Shown here: piece after piece, positions 9,588 through 18,146 of the stretch
How the letters are laid out: each line of letters opens with the position of its first letter
Position numbering within the stretch: the stretch's first letter is position 1
From: an uncultured Elusimicrobiales bacterium
GTDB taxonomy: Bacteria; Elusimicrobiota; Elusimicrobia; Elusimicrobiales; CAZFMJ01
DNA length: 57,801 bases
Reading direction: 5' to 3'
Assembly (NCBI GenBank): GCA_964520045.1
Contig: CAZFMJ010000004.1
Location: forward strand, 5,131 to 62,931
The notes under the pieces: model-generated
Seen by the model: the letters and a program-made list of their open reading frames with translations, nothing else
Told to the model about the DNA's origin: nothing
Database searches by the model: none
Made by a program: the position numbers and the translations under genes

Positions 9588-9983
9588 TCACAAATTGCTT
9601 CGGGGAGATTTTGAAAGCTCCTGTCTTATGGCGGACAATTCCGCTTCAATCTTCTGAAAAAACGCCTTTTGTTCCTCCCAGATAACGTTTCTTTTTCCGG
9701 CTTCCATGCTGTACGCCTGTCCATATCTTACCACTCTGTCCAGAAAATAGCCGAAAAGCCATACTCCGGCAAAACCCGCAGGGACGGACACAAGAACCAG
9801 CACCCATGTTCTTGAGATATCCGTGTAGTAGCGCAGTTTATCGCTTGCGGCAATTACGAGCAGGGCGAAGTTCATAAGAGCAAGGAACTGATGCCCCATA
9901 TCGAAGCGGTATTTTTGGCTCAGAAAAAACCACTTCCAGAACGATAGTTTCTTTTTTATGCCCGATTCTTCAATTTCTGTCAT
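9588..9983 (-). CDS. Hypothetical membrane protein (2 TM helices, helical C-terminal tail)
   Basis: ATG with AAGGGGG RBS; two hydrophobic segments; fills the gap between neighbours. Confidence 0.65.
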   Translation of the reverse strand: MTEIEESGIKKKLSFWKWFFLSQKYRFDMGHQFLALMNFALLVIAASDKLRYYTDISRTWVLVLVSVPAGFAGVWLFGYFLDRVVRYGQAYSMEAGKRNVIWEEQKAFFQKIEAELSAIRQELSKSPRSNL

Positions 9984-10150
9984 AGATGTCCCCCTTAATT
10001 AGTTTTACCTCTTTACACAAAAAGTATTTTAACACATTCACAATTACTTTGGCGGTTTATATTCATTTATCGCGTATCCCGATTAAGTTATAATATAGTC
10101 ATAAATGCAATAGGTAAAATTATACGGGCTTTTAGGGCGGGAGGATTACT

Positions 10151-11137
10151 ATGACCAGATTGCTTTCAAAAACCGACGTGGCGAATGTTCTTGACATGAA
10201 GGACACCATAGATATTTTAGAAAAAGCCTTCCGGGATATCGCGGAAGGCAGGGCTAATATGCCTCAGCGCACGGTTATACCCTCTCCGGAACATAGCGGC
10301 GCAGCTTTGTTTATGCCGGCATACCTCAAGGGTATGTCCGCCCTTGGCGCAAAAATCGTAACCGTATATAAAAACAATCCCTCAAAACACAATCTGCCTA
10401 CGGTCATGGGAACCATAATTCTGCTTGATGAAAATACCGGCGCGCCGCTGTCTCTTATGGATGCGGGGTATCTGACTGCCATGCGCACCGGAGGCATAGC
10501 CGGCCTTGCCTCCAAACTGCTTGCGCGTAAAGATGCGCGCGTGCATGCGATGTTTGGAACCGGCGGAATGGCGCGGGCAAACGCATGGGCGGTTGACTCT
10601 GTCAGAAATATCCAAAAACTCATTTTATATTCAAAAGATACGGCGGAACAGCGGGAGGCGTTCCGCGCATCCCTGATGGATATTATAAACTGCGAAATAG
10701 TCATTGCCGACGATCCGGCCAAAGCGGCTGCGCAAGCGGATATAGTAACGCTGATTACAAGCTCCAAAGATCCCATAGTCAGCGGCGATTGGTTTAAACC
10801 CGGCACTCACATCAATGCCATAGGTTCGCACGCGCCGGCAATGCGCGAACTGGACACCGCAACGGTTATAAAATCAAAAGTAATCTGCGACTCTCTTGAG
10901 GCATGCAAAGCCGAGGCAGGGGACTTTATAATTCCCGCGGAAAAAGGCGAATGGACATGGGACAAAGTCCATGGCTGTATCGGAGATGTTATCACCGGCA
11001 AAATTCAAGGGCGTGTTGATGATAATGAAATTACGCTTTTTAAGAGCGTCGGGCTGGCGATTCAGGATATTTCAACCGCCATGCACGTATACAAAAAAGC
11101 TCTGAAAGTGAACGCAGGCACAGATTTCACCTTCTAA
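10151..11137 (+). CDS. Ornithine cyclodeaminase / mu-crystallin family protein (archaeal-type alanine dehydrogenase-like)
   Basis: GGAGG RBS; LFMPAY, GAKIVTV, LTAMRTG, GTGGMA, HINAIGS, TLFKSVGLAIQD. Confidence 0.9.
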   Translation: MTRLLSKTDVANVLDMKDTIDILEKAFRDIAEGRANMPQRTVIPSPEHSGAALFMPAYLKGMSALGAKIVTVYKNNPSKHNLPTVMGTIILLDENTGAPLSLMDAGYLTAMRTGGIAGLASKLLARKDARVHAMFGTGGMARANAWAVDSVRNIQKLILYSKDTAEQREAFRASLMDIINCEIVIADDPAKAAAQADIVTLITSSKDPIVSGDWFKPGTHINAIGSHAPAMRELDTATVIKSKVICDSLEACKAEAGDFIIPAEKGEWTWDKVHGCIGDVITGKIQGRVDDNEITLFKSVGLAIQDISTAMHVYKKALKVNAGTDFTF

Positions 11138-11195
11138 ACCCAGGCCGGACAGTTCCATAATTTTTCGTATACCTTACTGCAATATTGCTCAAACC

Positions 11196-12221
11196 ATGCT
11201 CATAAAAACCAATCATGAACACATTGAGTTTTTTCTGCGCCGGTTCATCCGGCTGATATCCGTAATATGCGCGGTTGTTTATATTATGCATGGGGTTAAG
11301 GCATCCGGCGCGCAGACAAAGCGGGATTATGATTTTTCAATCAGCCATGACGAACTCACCCGCACTTACAAAGTTCATACCCCGCCTTCTTATGACGGTA
11401 AAACTCCGGCGCCGGCGGTATTGAATTTTCACGGAGGAGGAGGAAACGCCGATTCGGCGCGCCTAAGCAGCGGCATGAATGATTTCGCGGACAAGAAAGG
11501 ATTTATCGTTGTTTATCCGGAAGCGGTGATGCAGGGATATTACAAAAAAAGATTGCGCAAACAGTATTGGAACGCTGGAAACAGAGCTGATACCTCAAAA
11601 AATTCGTCCGCGGACGACGTGGGTTTCGTTTCCGCAATGCTTGATAAGCTGGAAAAGGATTTTAAAATTGATTCAAAGCGGATATATGCCGCTGGTTTGT
11701 CGTGCGGAGGACTGATGAGCTACCGCCTTGCATGCCAGCTTTCAGACCGGATAGCGGCTATAGCCCCCATAGAAGCCGACCAGCTTGACATAGAATGCGC
11801 TCCTCCGCGCGCAATGTCTATAATCCATTTTCACGGCTTAAAAGACAAATTACTGCCATATGCCGGCGGACGCGGCAAGGCCGCAGATACTATGGAAGAC
11901 TGGAAACCAGTGCCTAAACTTATCGCGGAATGGGTTAAACGAAACACCTGCGCGCCTGAACCTAAAACCACCTTTAAGCACGGCTCCGCAGTCTGCAATA
12001 CTTATTCAAACTGCAAGGACGGAAGCGAAATAACGCTCTGCGCAATAGAAGATCACGGGCACACGTGGCCGGACGGAACTTATAACGACGCTCCGTCCTG
12101 CGTAGACAATCCCGAAGGATGGGGATGCAGAATATGGAAGAGACTGCTCGGCCCCATAAACCGCAATATATCAGCCAACGAAGAGATGTGGAAATTTTTC
12201 CTGCGGCATCCCAAAAATTAA
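11196..12221 (+). CDS. Exported alpha/beta hydrolase, PHB depolymerase/LpqC-like esterase
   Basis: LNFHGGGG, WNAG, DDVGFV, nucleophile GLSCGG, FHGLKD, GHTWP, MWKFF; exact start uncertain. Confidence 0.85.
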   Translation: MLIKTNHEHIEFFLRRFIRLISVICAVVYIMHGVKASGAQTKRDYDFSISHDELTRTYKVHTPPSYDGKTPAPAVLNFHGGGGNADSARLSSGMNDFADKKGFIVVYPEAVMQGYYKKRLRKQYWNAGNRADTSKNSSADDVGFVSAMLDKLEKDFKIDSKRIYAAGLSCGGLMSYRLACQLSDRIAAIAPIEADQLDIECAPPRAMSIIHFHGLKDKLLPYAGGRGKAADTMEDWKPVPKLIAEWVKRNTCAPEPKTTFKHGSAVCNTYSNCKDGSEITLCAIEDHGHTWPDGTYNDAPSCVDNPEGWGCRIWKRLLGPINRNISANEEMWKFFLRHPKN

Positions 12222-12333
12222 AACCGCGCAAGATATACCCACGCAAAGAATATGGCGTCCGCCGAATGTAAAACAAAATACGGAAAGAAAGCTGTAAAAT
12301 TGGTAAAATAGACACAGCTACAAAAGCAGAAAC

Positions 12334-12417
12334 GGTTGGGTGGCAGAGCGGTCAAATGCACCGGTCTGTAAAACCGGCGGGCTACGCCCTACGAAGGTTC
12401 AAATCCTTCCCCAACCA
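12334..12417 (+). tRNA. tRNA-Tyr (GTA)
   Basis: Acceptor GGTTGGG/CCCAACC plus discriminator A; anticodon arm CCGGT-CTGTAAA-ACCGG; long variable arm; T arm GAAGG-TTCAAAT-CCTTC; CCA not encoded; TGgTAAAAT extended -10 at 12301-12309. Confidence 0.97.
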
Positions 12418-12431
12418 TTTTTTATAGCAGC

Positions 12432-12463
12432 AACAAAAAACCGCCCGGCGCGGTTTTTTTGTT
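12432..12463 (+). terminator. Intrinsic terminator after tRNA-Tyr, probably bidirectional
   Basis: AACAAAAAA-CCGC-ccggc-GCGG-TTTTTTTGTT. Confidence 0.75.
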
Positions 12464-12803
12464 TTTATGAGTATTTATTTTATAGTTAATTCTGATTTTT
12501 ATTTTTTGTGAGGATATTTTCCACGCCTAAATTCATTTCAGCGCGCAGTTTGGCTTTTATTATCTCGCGCACAATTTCATGAGCCCAGCGGTTCCTGAAT
12601 ATCTTTTCCGGATCATCGCATTTTATTTTCACGGAAATTGCAATGGGCATATTTTTTATCCTTGCTTAACCGTAAAAATCCGCCAATCCTCCGGTTGGCG
12701 CCTGAATTGTTCCGGTTAAAGCGCGTATGCCCATTGATAACATAAATCTGCAACCAAAAAGTGTCAAGGATGTTAAGAATTTATAAAGACTACGGGGTTT
12801 TGA

Positions 12804-13100
12804 ACTGGACCGCCGGGCGGCTATGAGGAGGGTAGACGGGAGATGGAAGACGGAAGACGGGAAAAAACAAAAAAATAACCACAATCAACTTCCTACTTTC
12901 TATTTTCTCGCTTGCGCGGGACTGCGGGACAGCTGGGTAGCTTGGAAACTGGGGGTATGGGCGACAGGAACACTGTAAAACTGGTGACATGGTGACTTGG
13001 AAGCTGATGACTTTTTTCTGTCTGGCGGTCCAGCTGCCCAGCCGTCCAGTTGGTGTTTTCTTTTCTGTCTGGTGACTGGCGCCTGGTGACTTGGCGACTT
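12804..13100. repeat. Composite array of several 7/8-nt tandem-repeat arms downstream of pyrE
   Basis: ggtagac gggagat ggaagac ggaagac (12831-12858); gcgggact gcgggaca gctgggta gcttggaa; ggtgacat ggtgactt; gtctggcg gtccagct gcccagcc gtccagtt (13020-13051); ggtgactt ggcgactt. Confidence 0.8.
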
Positions 13101-13104
13101 CCCC

Positions 13105-13680
13105 CTACTTCCCCGGAGGTCTGCTGCCGGGTTTGGTTATTGGAATTCCGCCTGCGCACATGGGGCAGGACTGAGCCTGATATGCCACAAGCTTGATGGA
13201 GGCAAGGCTTTTTATTTCAAAACCAAGATCAGAAGAACCGCGGTTTATTATTGAAAGACCGGCCAGAACTTCGCCGCCGCAGGAACGGATTATCCCGGCC
13301 GTTTCAAGAGTGGATTTTCCCGTAGTCATCACATCTTCGACTATAATCACTTTCATTCCCGGGCCGAGAACAAATCCCCTGCGCAGGGACATATGTCCGT
13401 CAAGCCGCTCGCAGAACATAAATTTGACGCCCAAAGCCTTGGCTGTTTCATGGCCTATTATCATGCCGCCCAACGCGGGAGAAAGAACCGCGTCAGGTCT
13501 CGGCCCCGTCCATAAACCGGCAAGCTCTTTGCCTATTTCCTGCGCTTTAACCGGACAATGCAGGGCAAGCGCGCACTGAACATAATCCGCGCTGTGCAGC
13601 CCCGAAGAAAGCTCAAAATGGCCTTTTAAGAACGCTCCGCTGGAACGCAGATATTCAATAATGGATTCGGAATCAGCCAT
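13105..13680 (-). CDS. pyrE: Orotate phosphoribosyltransferase
   Basis: GHFELSSGLHS, PALGG, PRPP motif IIVEDVMTTGKS, C-terminal KPGSR. Confidence 0.95.
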   Translation of the reverse strand: MADSESIIEYLRSSGAFLKGHFELSSGLHSADYVQCALALHCPVKAQEIGKELAGLWTGPRPDAVLSPALGGMIIGHETAKALGVKFMFCERLDGHMSLRRGFVLGPGMKVIIVEDVMTTGKSTLETAGIIRSCGGEVLAGLSIINRGSSDLGFEIKSLASIKLVAYQAQSCPMCAGGIPITKPGSRPPGK

Positions 13681-14392
13681 TGGACTGTATCTCCTTGAGA
13701 ATCCTTTCCGCCGCGGACGCGGGGTCGGGCGTATCTATTATCGGACGCCCCACTACCGCAAAATCCACTTTAAGACTTGCCGCTTCGCCCGGAGTCATAG
13801 TGCGTTTCTGGTCATGAGTCTGCATTTTCGCCGGTCTTATGCCGGGCGTGATAAGATGAACTCTTTCTCCGAATTTGCTCCTGAGCATTTTTGCCTCATG
13901 GCCGGAGCAGACTATGCCTTCAATGTTATGCGACACGCCGAGTTTTGCCAAATGAAGAACGGTCTCCTGCATGGAATGCTTATAGTAACCTACCGCTTCA
14001 AAATCTTTCCAGTCAAAACTGGTAAGCACCGTTATTCCCCATATTTTTGGGCGCGGATGAACAGCCATGGCCGCTTCGATCATTTTGCCTTTTCCGGCTC
14101 CGCACAAATGTATTGAAATGGCGTATGCTCCGTGTCTTCCGGCGGCGCGCACCGCTTCCTGAACCGACTGGGGAATATCGTGAAGCTTCAAATCCAGAAA
14201 GACCTCCCCCCCGTATTTGCGCACCAGCCCTATCGCTTTGGGCCCCTCTGAGGTGAAAAGATTTATTCCCACTTTATAATATTTGACGATGTTCTTCAGG
14301 TCTTTAAGCAGAAGCTCCGCCGAACGCAGACTGCCCACATCCAAAGCTACCATAAGTTCTGTTTTTTTCTTTTTTAAAGGTTTCACAGTCAT
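13673..14392 (-). CDS. pyrF: Orotidine 5'-phosphate decarboxylase
   Basis: VALD, YKVG, FLDLKLHDIP, TVLTS, TPGIRP, DQKR, VVGRPI. Confidence 0.95.
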   Translation of the reverse strand: MTVKPLKKKKTELMVALDVGSLRSAELLLKDLKNIVKYYKVGINLFTSEGPKAIGLVRKYGGEVFLDLKLHDIPQSVQEAVRAAGRHGAYAISIHLCGAGKGKMIEAAMAVHPRPKIWGITVLTSFDWKDFEAVGYYKHSMQETVLHLAKLGVSHNIEGIVCSGHEAKMLRSKFGERVHLITPGIRPAKMQTHDQKRTMTPGEAASLKVDFAVVGRPIIDTPDPASAAERILKEIQSNG

Positions 14393-14422
14393 ATTCAGAC
14401 TCCTTTCTTCCCCGTTTTCCCA

Positions 14423-14479
14423 CTATATGCTATCTGCTGTCTACTATATACTGTCTCCTGATATACTATCTACTATCCG
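14423..14479. repeat. Heptamer tandem repeat (CTATCTA family, 8 units) supplying the pyrD stop codon
   Basis: ctatatg ctatctg ctgtcta ctatata ctgtctc ctgatata ctatcta ctatccg. Confidence 0.85.
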
Positions 14480-15486
14480 CTGCCCTTAGCAAGCGTTGTG
14501 AGAATATTTTTTATCAAAAAGGGCCCTTCATAAATCAGTCCGGTATAAACCTGCACAAGATCCGCTCCCATGGAAAGCTTGCGCTTGGCGCAAACGCCGC
14601 TAAAAATGCCGCCGCACCCTATTATCGGTATTTTTCCTCCGGCGATTTTTGCGGTTTTTGCCAGAATGCCGTCTGAAAGTTCGCGCAGCGGCCTGCCGCT
14701 TAATCCGCCTTCCTGCCTGCGCCAATGCTCCTCAAGCCCTTCTCTGGAAAGAGTGGTATTGGCGGCGATAATTCCAGCGCCGTACCGCACCGCGGTATGA
14801 ACCGCCGTTTCAAGGCAGTCTTCGGCCAAATCAGGCGCGATTTTCACAAAAACAGGCTTTCCGCCCGCAGCCGCAAGCACTTCATCCAAAAGTTTTTTCA
14901 GTCTTTCCGGCTCATGCAGAGAGCGCAGACCGGCGGTATTGGGAGAACTTATATTAACTGCGATATAATCGGCGTAATCTTTCAGGATTTTTACCGCGGC
15001 CGCATAATTTTGCGGCGCATCATCCAGACCGCAGTCGGCGTTTTTCCCTATATTTATGCCCAACGGTATTCCCGGCAGGCCGCGCTTTTCAAGATTTTTA
15101 GCGGCTTGTTCCGCTCCGATATTATTAAAACCCATCCTGTTTAAAATAGCTTCATGTTTAACAAGACGGAACAGCCTGGGCCTTAAATTTCCGGGCTGAG
15201 GCCTGAGAGTTATAGTCCCCAGCTCCACGAATCCGAAACCAAGACAGGCAAGAGCGAAAGGCACCCTGCAGTCTTTGTCATAGCCGGCCGCAAGGCCTAC
15301 CGGATTTTTAAACTTTATACCTGCGACCGTCAACGGAATATCAGGCCCCGAAAACACCGCGGAACACAGTCCGCCCAAAACCGGCGATTTCTGAACGATG
15401 GAAAGCAGGCTTATTACCGCAGAGTGAGCCGTCTCCGGGTCCAGCTTAAATAAAACAGGTTTTATTATCTTATAAAATGACGCCAT
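14473..15486 (-). CDS. pyrD: Quinone-dependent dihydroorotate dehydrogenase (class 2)
   Basis: LDPETAH, NPVGLAAGYDK, NRMGFNN, NIGKN, NISSPNT, KIAPD, GGLSG, QVYTGLIYEGP. Confidence 0.95.
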   Translation of the reverse strand: MASFYKIIKPVLFKLDPETAHSAVISLLSIVQKSPVLGGLCSAVFSGPDIPLTVAGIKFKNPVGLAAGYDKDCRVPFALACLGFGFVELGTITLRPQPGNLRPRLFRLVKHEAILNRMGFNNIGAEQAAKNLEKRGLPGIPLGINIGKNADCGLDDAPQNYAAAVKILKDYADYIAVNISSPNTAGLRSLHEPERLKKLLDEVLAAAGGKPVFVKIAPDLAEDCLETAVHTAVRYGAGIIAANTTLSREGLEEHWRRQEGGLSGRPLRELSDGILAKTAKIAGGKIPIIGCGGIFSGVCAKRKLSMGADLVQVYTGLIYEGPFLIKNILTTLAKGSG

Positions 15487-16765
15487 CTTTCATCACAAAT
15501 TTTCCGGCGACTATGCAGCAGCAGGACCTGCCGGTAAGCTTCATGCCGGTAAACGGGGAATTTTTTGATTTAGATAAAAATTTGCCGGCGGTGAACCGTT
15601 CCAGCGGATTTATTATTGTAATATCCGCGTCCATCCCGGGCTTAAGACCGCCCTTTGATTTAAGGCGCAGTATCTTCGCGGGATTTACGCTTAACAGACG
15701 CGCCATGCCGGAAGCGGAAATTATTTTTCCATGCACAAGTTTAGTCATAACAAGAGGCAGAAGCGTCTCCAAACCTATTATGCCGAAAGGCGCTTTCAGC
15801 ATTCCCTTTGCCTTGAGCCGGGCATGATGCGGAGCATGATCCGACGCCACGGCGTCTATTGTGCCGTCGGCAAGCCCGCGCAGTATAGCTATGACATCCC
15901 TTTTTGTGCGCAGGGGAGGATTCATCTTAAAATCCGCGTCCCGCCCTGAAATATCCTCCTCCGTAAGGCAAAAATAATGGGGGCAGGTCTCGGCCGTAAT
16001 ATTTATGCCGGCTTTTTTTGCGGTTCTGATATATTCCACGGTTTCCGCGCAGCTTACATGAGCGATATGAAGCCTTGAACCCGGCACGGCTGCCGCAAGC
16101 GCGATATTTTTTGCCGAAGATAAAATTTCGGACTGCCGCGCAATGCCGGGCAGTTTTTTTAGTTTTGAAATTTTACCTTTGTTTATCACGCCTCCCGCGG
16201 AAAGGCTTAAGTCTTCGCAATGCTCGATAAGAGGTATTCCAAGCGCGGCGGATGCCTCAAGGGCTTTTAAAAATATCCGCTGGTCGGACACCGGAGAGCC
16301 GTCGTCCGTGAATGCGCAGGCTCCGGCTTTCGCCATAGCCTCCATATCCGCAATTATTACTCCGCTTCTTCCCTTTGTCACACAGCCGGAAAACAGCGCG
16401 TTCACAACCGACTCCGACCGGGCGATGTTTTTCATGCGGAGTATCATTGCGGGCGAATCGGCGGGAGGATCGGTGTTAGGCATTGCGCACAACGTGCATA
16501 CTCCGCCTGCCGCGGCGGCTCTTGAACCTGTTTTAACGGTTTCGCTGTTTTCCGCTCCGGGCTGGCGCAGATGGACATGCATGTCGATAACGCCGGGCAT
16601 TACCCATTTGCCGGCGGCGTCGCAAACATGACAGCCGGCGGATGGAGTCTTAAGATTTTTTGCGCAGGCAAGTATCCTGCCGTCCTTTACAAGAACATCG
16701 GATACAGCCTCAATTTCCCGGGACGGATCTATGACAAGCCCGTTTTTTATAAGCAGGTATTTCAT
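15470..16765 (-). CDS. pyrC: Dihydroorotase (type I)
   Basis: DMHVHLRQPG, MPNT, FTDDG, HCED, HIAHVS, KMNPPLR, ASDHAPH, PFGIIGLET; start moved to ATG 16765 (MKYLLIKNG), 16771 is an alternative. Confidence 0.93.
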   Translation of the reverse strand: MKYLLIKNGLVIDPSREIEAVSDVLVKDGRILACAKNLKTPSAGCHVCDAAGKWVMPGVIDMHVHLRQPGAENSETVKTGSRAAAAGGVCTLCAMPNTDPPADSPAMILRMKNIARSESVVNALFSGCVTKGRSGVIIADMEAMAKAGACAFTDDGSPVSDQRIFLKALEASAALGIPLIEHCEDLSLSAGGVINKGKISKLKKLPGIARQSEILSSAKNIALAAAVPGSRLHIAHVSCAETVEYIRTAKKAGINITAETCPHYFCLTEEDISGRDADFKMNPPLRTKRDVIAILRGLADGTIDAVASDHAPHHARLKAKGMLKAPFGIIGLETLLPLVMTKLVHGKIISASGMARLLSVNPAKILRLKSKGGLKPGMDADITIINPLERFTAGKFLSKSKNSPFTGMKLTGRSCCCIVAGKFVMKDGVIL

Positions 16766-16820
16766 GCCCATTCTTCTATGCCAAAAAATATATTTCTTTA
16801 ACCTGAAAAATGCAATTACG

Positions 16821-16866
16821 CCCTCACCTTTTATCCTCTCCCCGAGGGAGAGGGCGGGGAGAGGGG
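16821..16866. repeat. BoxC/REP-like purine-pyrimidine palindromic element between pyrB and pyrC
   Basis: CCCTCACC-n6-CCTCTCCC-cga-GGGAGAGG-gc-GGGGAGAGGGG. Confidence 0.6.
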
Positions 16867-16936
16867 GATGCATAAAAAAATTCAGCTTTTTGATACGATA
16901 AACATGTTTCAACTGCAACTTTCAGGTTAATATAAA

Positions 16937-18007
16937 TCAATAGTCAAGAATTTTATTTTCCACCCTGAATATCACCGAGATAAGCGCCGCCCTGCTCCAC
17001 ATCCCGTTTCTTTCCTGCCTCCAGTACATGGCGCGGTCGTCTTTATCGACTTCCGTTTCTATTTCATGCCGCCTGGGCAGGGGATGCATTATTATGCAGT
17101 TCTTCTTGATTATCTTAAGATGCTCCGCCTTGAAATAAAACTTTGAATAATCCACTTTTTTGGAGTCTCCGGACACCGCATCGTGTTCATCCTGAATGCG
17201 GGTCATATATACGGCGTCCGCCTCCGGCAGGACAGCCTCAAAATCCTGCGTCTCGCGGTATGAAATATTATGCCTGTCCAGGAATTCTATGATATCCCTT
17301 TCTATGCTGAATTCTTCGGGCGCGGCATACAGTAATTTTACGTCTTTATAATTCTTCATCAGGTAAGACAGAGACCGCACCGTCCTGCCGCGTTTTAAAT
17401 CCCCAGCCATGACTATTGTTTTTCCGTCTATGCCGTCTTTGAACGACTTGTCCAGCGTATACATGTCCAACAGGGCCTGCGTAGGGTGCTGGTCCTTGCC
17501 CGAGCCTCCGTTTATGATAGGCACGGGCCGCTTTGCCGTATTCATGTACCATGCGGTCTTTTCAACAAACCCCGCCGCCGGATGCCGCATTATTATGAGG
17601 TCCACATAGCTGGAAAAGGTGCGCACGGTGTCCTCGGGAGACTCCCCCTTTATCTCCGAAGAAGTGCTTGTGTCTCTTATTTCGGAAGTCTTAAGCCCGA
17701 GTATGTGGCAGGCGTTCAAAAAAGACAGGAACGTCCTGGTGGACGGCTGGACAAAATACAGCATGGCGCGCTTATGCGAAAGCAGGGAAGAGGCATAATC
17801 GCTTCCTTTCTTGGTTTTTGTCATTAGACGCAGTTTATTGGCTATCTTAAAAATCCTCTCCAGCAGAGGCCTGTCGAACTGCTGGGAAAAAAGACAGTCG
17901 TAAATGCATCCTTCTTTTGCAAAAAACTGAAGTTTTTTTGAAATCTCCAGTTTATAGAACTCATCCCAGTTTTTAGGTATGCCTGTCATCTGCAAAGTTC
18001 TTTCCAT
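16937..18007 (-). CDS. pyrB: Aspartate carbamoyltransferase catalytic subunit
   Basis: QPSTRT, KGES, MRH, QHPTQALLD, GDLKRGRTVRSL, TRIQ, MHPLPR; ATG 18007 preceded by GAGGAGGAG. Confidence 0.95.
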   Translation of the reverse strand: MERTLQMTGIPKNWDEFYKLEISKKLQFFAKEGCIYDCLFSQQFDRPLLERIFKIANKLRLMTKTKKGSDYASSLLSHKRAMLYFVQPSTRTFLSFLNACHILGLKTSEIRDTSTSSEIKGESPEDTVRTFSSYVDLIIMRHPAAGFVEKTAWYMNTAKRPVPIINGGSGKDQHPTQALLDMYTLDKSFKDGIDGKTIVMAGDLKRGRTVRSLSYLMKNYKDVKLLYAAPEEFSIERDIIEFLDRHNISYRETQDFEAVLPEADAVYMTRIQDEHDAVSGDSKKVDYSKFYFKAEHLKIIKKNCIIMHPLPRRHEIETEVDKDDRAMYWRQERNGMWSRAALISVIFRVENKILDY

Positions 18008-18050
18008 TTTTCTCCTCCTCTTTAATATTTCCGCGTTGTCAAACATTGAC

Positions 18051-18146
18051 CACGGAGACACTGGAACTGAAATACACGGAGACACCGAAAACAATTAATC
18101 CCAAACTTCCCGTTCCGTGTCTCTTAACCTCCGTGTTTCCGTGTTT
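18051..18146. repeat. Inverted octamer tandem-repeat pair (CACGGAGA / CCGTGTTT)
   Basis: cacggaga cactggaa ctgaaata cacggaga caccgaaa ... ccgtgtct cttaacct ccgtgttt ccgtgttt; right arm lies inside the MFS C-terminus. Confidence 0.8.

Noticed and set aside
12334-12800. tRNA-Tyr as an integration site of a prophage or island
   Set aside because: No integrase, and no duplicated tRNA 3' end noticed by eye in the window.
12666-13159. Short minus-strand ORFs (72, 66, 88 aa) downstream of pyrE
   Set aside because: They are translations of the repeat arms (LPSSV, PSCPAV-type low complexity) in overlapping frames, with no family motifs.
16766-18094. Long N-terminal extensions of pyrC (to 16918) and pyrB (to 18094) given by the ORF track
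   Set aside because: They run through repeat elements; better ATG starts lie at 16765/16771 and 18007. The same reasoning applies to 25211 and 30769.
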